Shown here piece after piece: positions 63,145 to 64,000 of a stretch of 64,000 nt of DNA; position 1 is the stretch's first letter, and each line of letters starts with the position of its first letter. The stretch is from Gordius albopunctatus (taxonomy: Eukaryota): the NCBI GenBank assembly GCA_964276515.1, contig OZ193909.1:11780001-11844000 (forward strand), in the 5' to 3' direction. Under the pieces are notes generated by a model. That model was not told the DNA's origin. It made no database searches and saw only the letters and a list, made by a program, of their open reading frames with translations. Position numbers and translations under genes: made by a program.

Positions 63145-64000
63145 TATATAATAAATTTTGAAACAATATTGTAAAATAAATATACAAGACAGTTTTTTCC
63201 AAATAGGGGATCCAACCAAGATTATTGTTCTTATAATTTTTTCCGATTTTCCATTTTACACAACTCGACTGGTCCCAAAATACACCATAGTAGTAACTTT
63301 TTTAAATAGAAAGAAAAAAATACGTTTCAAACAATTTATAATTATTAGTTTAATAATTTGATTTAGATAACGATATTCTCACCGATTTTATTGTTTCTCG
63401 AGTAGTATTAACACTCGCATTTTCAAGGGATCTAAAGTAAGTTTAAATAAGCATGTTAAACCTTTAGAAAATTTAATTTGTTATCTATCGTTATTACTAT
63501 AAGATTAAAAAAAGAAGGGTATATTAAAAGTTTATCATTATTATTTCAAGAGTTATTATTATTATTTCATTATTAATAATTTTATTAAATCACAATTATT
63601 GTGTTACTTGGAGCCTTACCTTAAAGGTCCATTTATGTGTTTTCATTTTGTTACTTCCGAATTTATCCTTTATTTATGTATAATAATGCCCAAGAATCCG
63701 CGCGAATTAACAGCGAAGAAAATTATATATATTTCAAACAAAAGAATATGAATATTAATTCTAACAAAGAAATATATGCGGATTGATATCTATCATGTGA
63801 TGTATTACTACGCGTTTACAAATAAATACGAATCTGGTGCAAAATCTAATATGTGCAAAATCTAATAATGTAATATTCGCATTTTAGAAATTGAGACCGG
63901 TTTTCAAGCATATTCATAAGCATGTAATATGTACTAAAAAACTACTTAATAAAAGGATACTATAATTGTTAATTGAAACAAAATAAGTTATATCAAAATG

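Overview
This is AT-rich eukaryotic (animal-like) genomic DNA, mostly nested transposable elements, with a few spliced host genes that have very short introns (many 32-39 nt). Host genes read by hand across GT-AG introns: an adenosine kinase pseudogene cut by an LTR (295-751, -), an intact compact BDP1/TFIIIB B'' gene (17464-18988, +), and two tandem heparan sulfate 2-O-sulfotransferase paralogues (~49999-52749 and 61676 onward, +). There is also a possible degenerate spliced Ulp1/SENP-like gene (~22300-25900). Mobile elements: RTE LINEs (two near-identical copies in opposite orientation), three divergent CRE-clade RLE retrotransposons, a DIRS/Ngaro-like remnant, several Gypsy elements (one full-length with a TSD), a 1.1-kb TRIM-like LTR element, Helitrons (PIF1 remnant, composite and miniature copies), an intron-containing MULE transposase, hAT and PIF/Harbinger MITEs with TSDs, and a foldback array of ~120-bp units. 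I found no prokaryotic systems, CRISPR arrays or RNA genes. All family assignments come from motif recognition by eye; no database searches were run.
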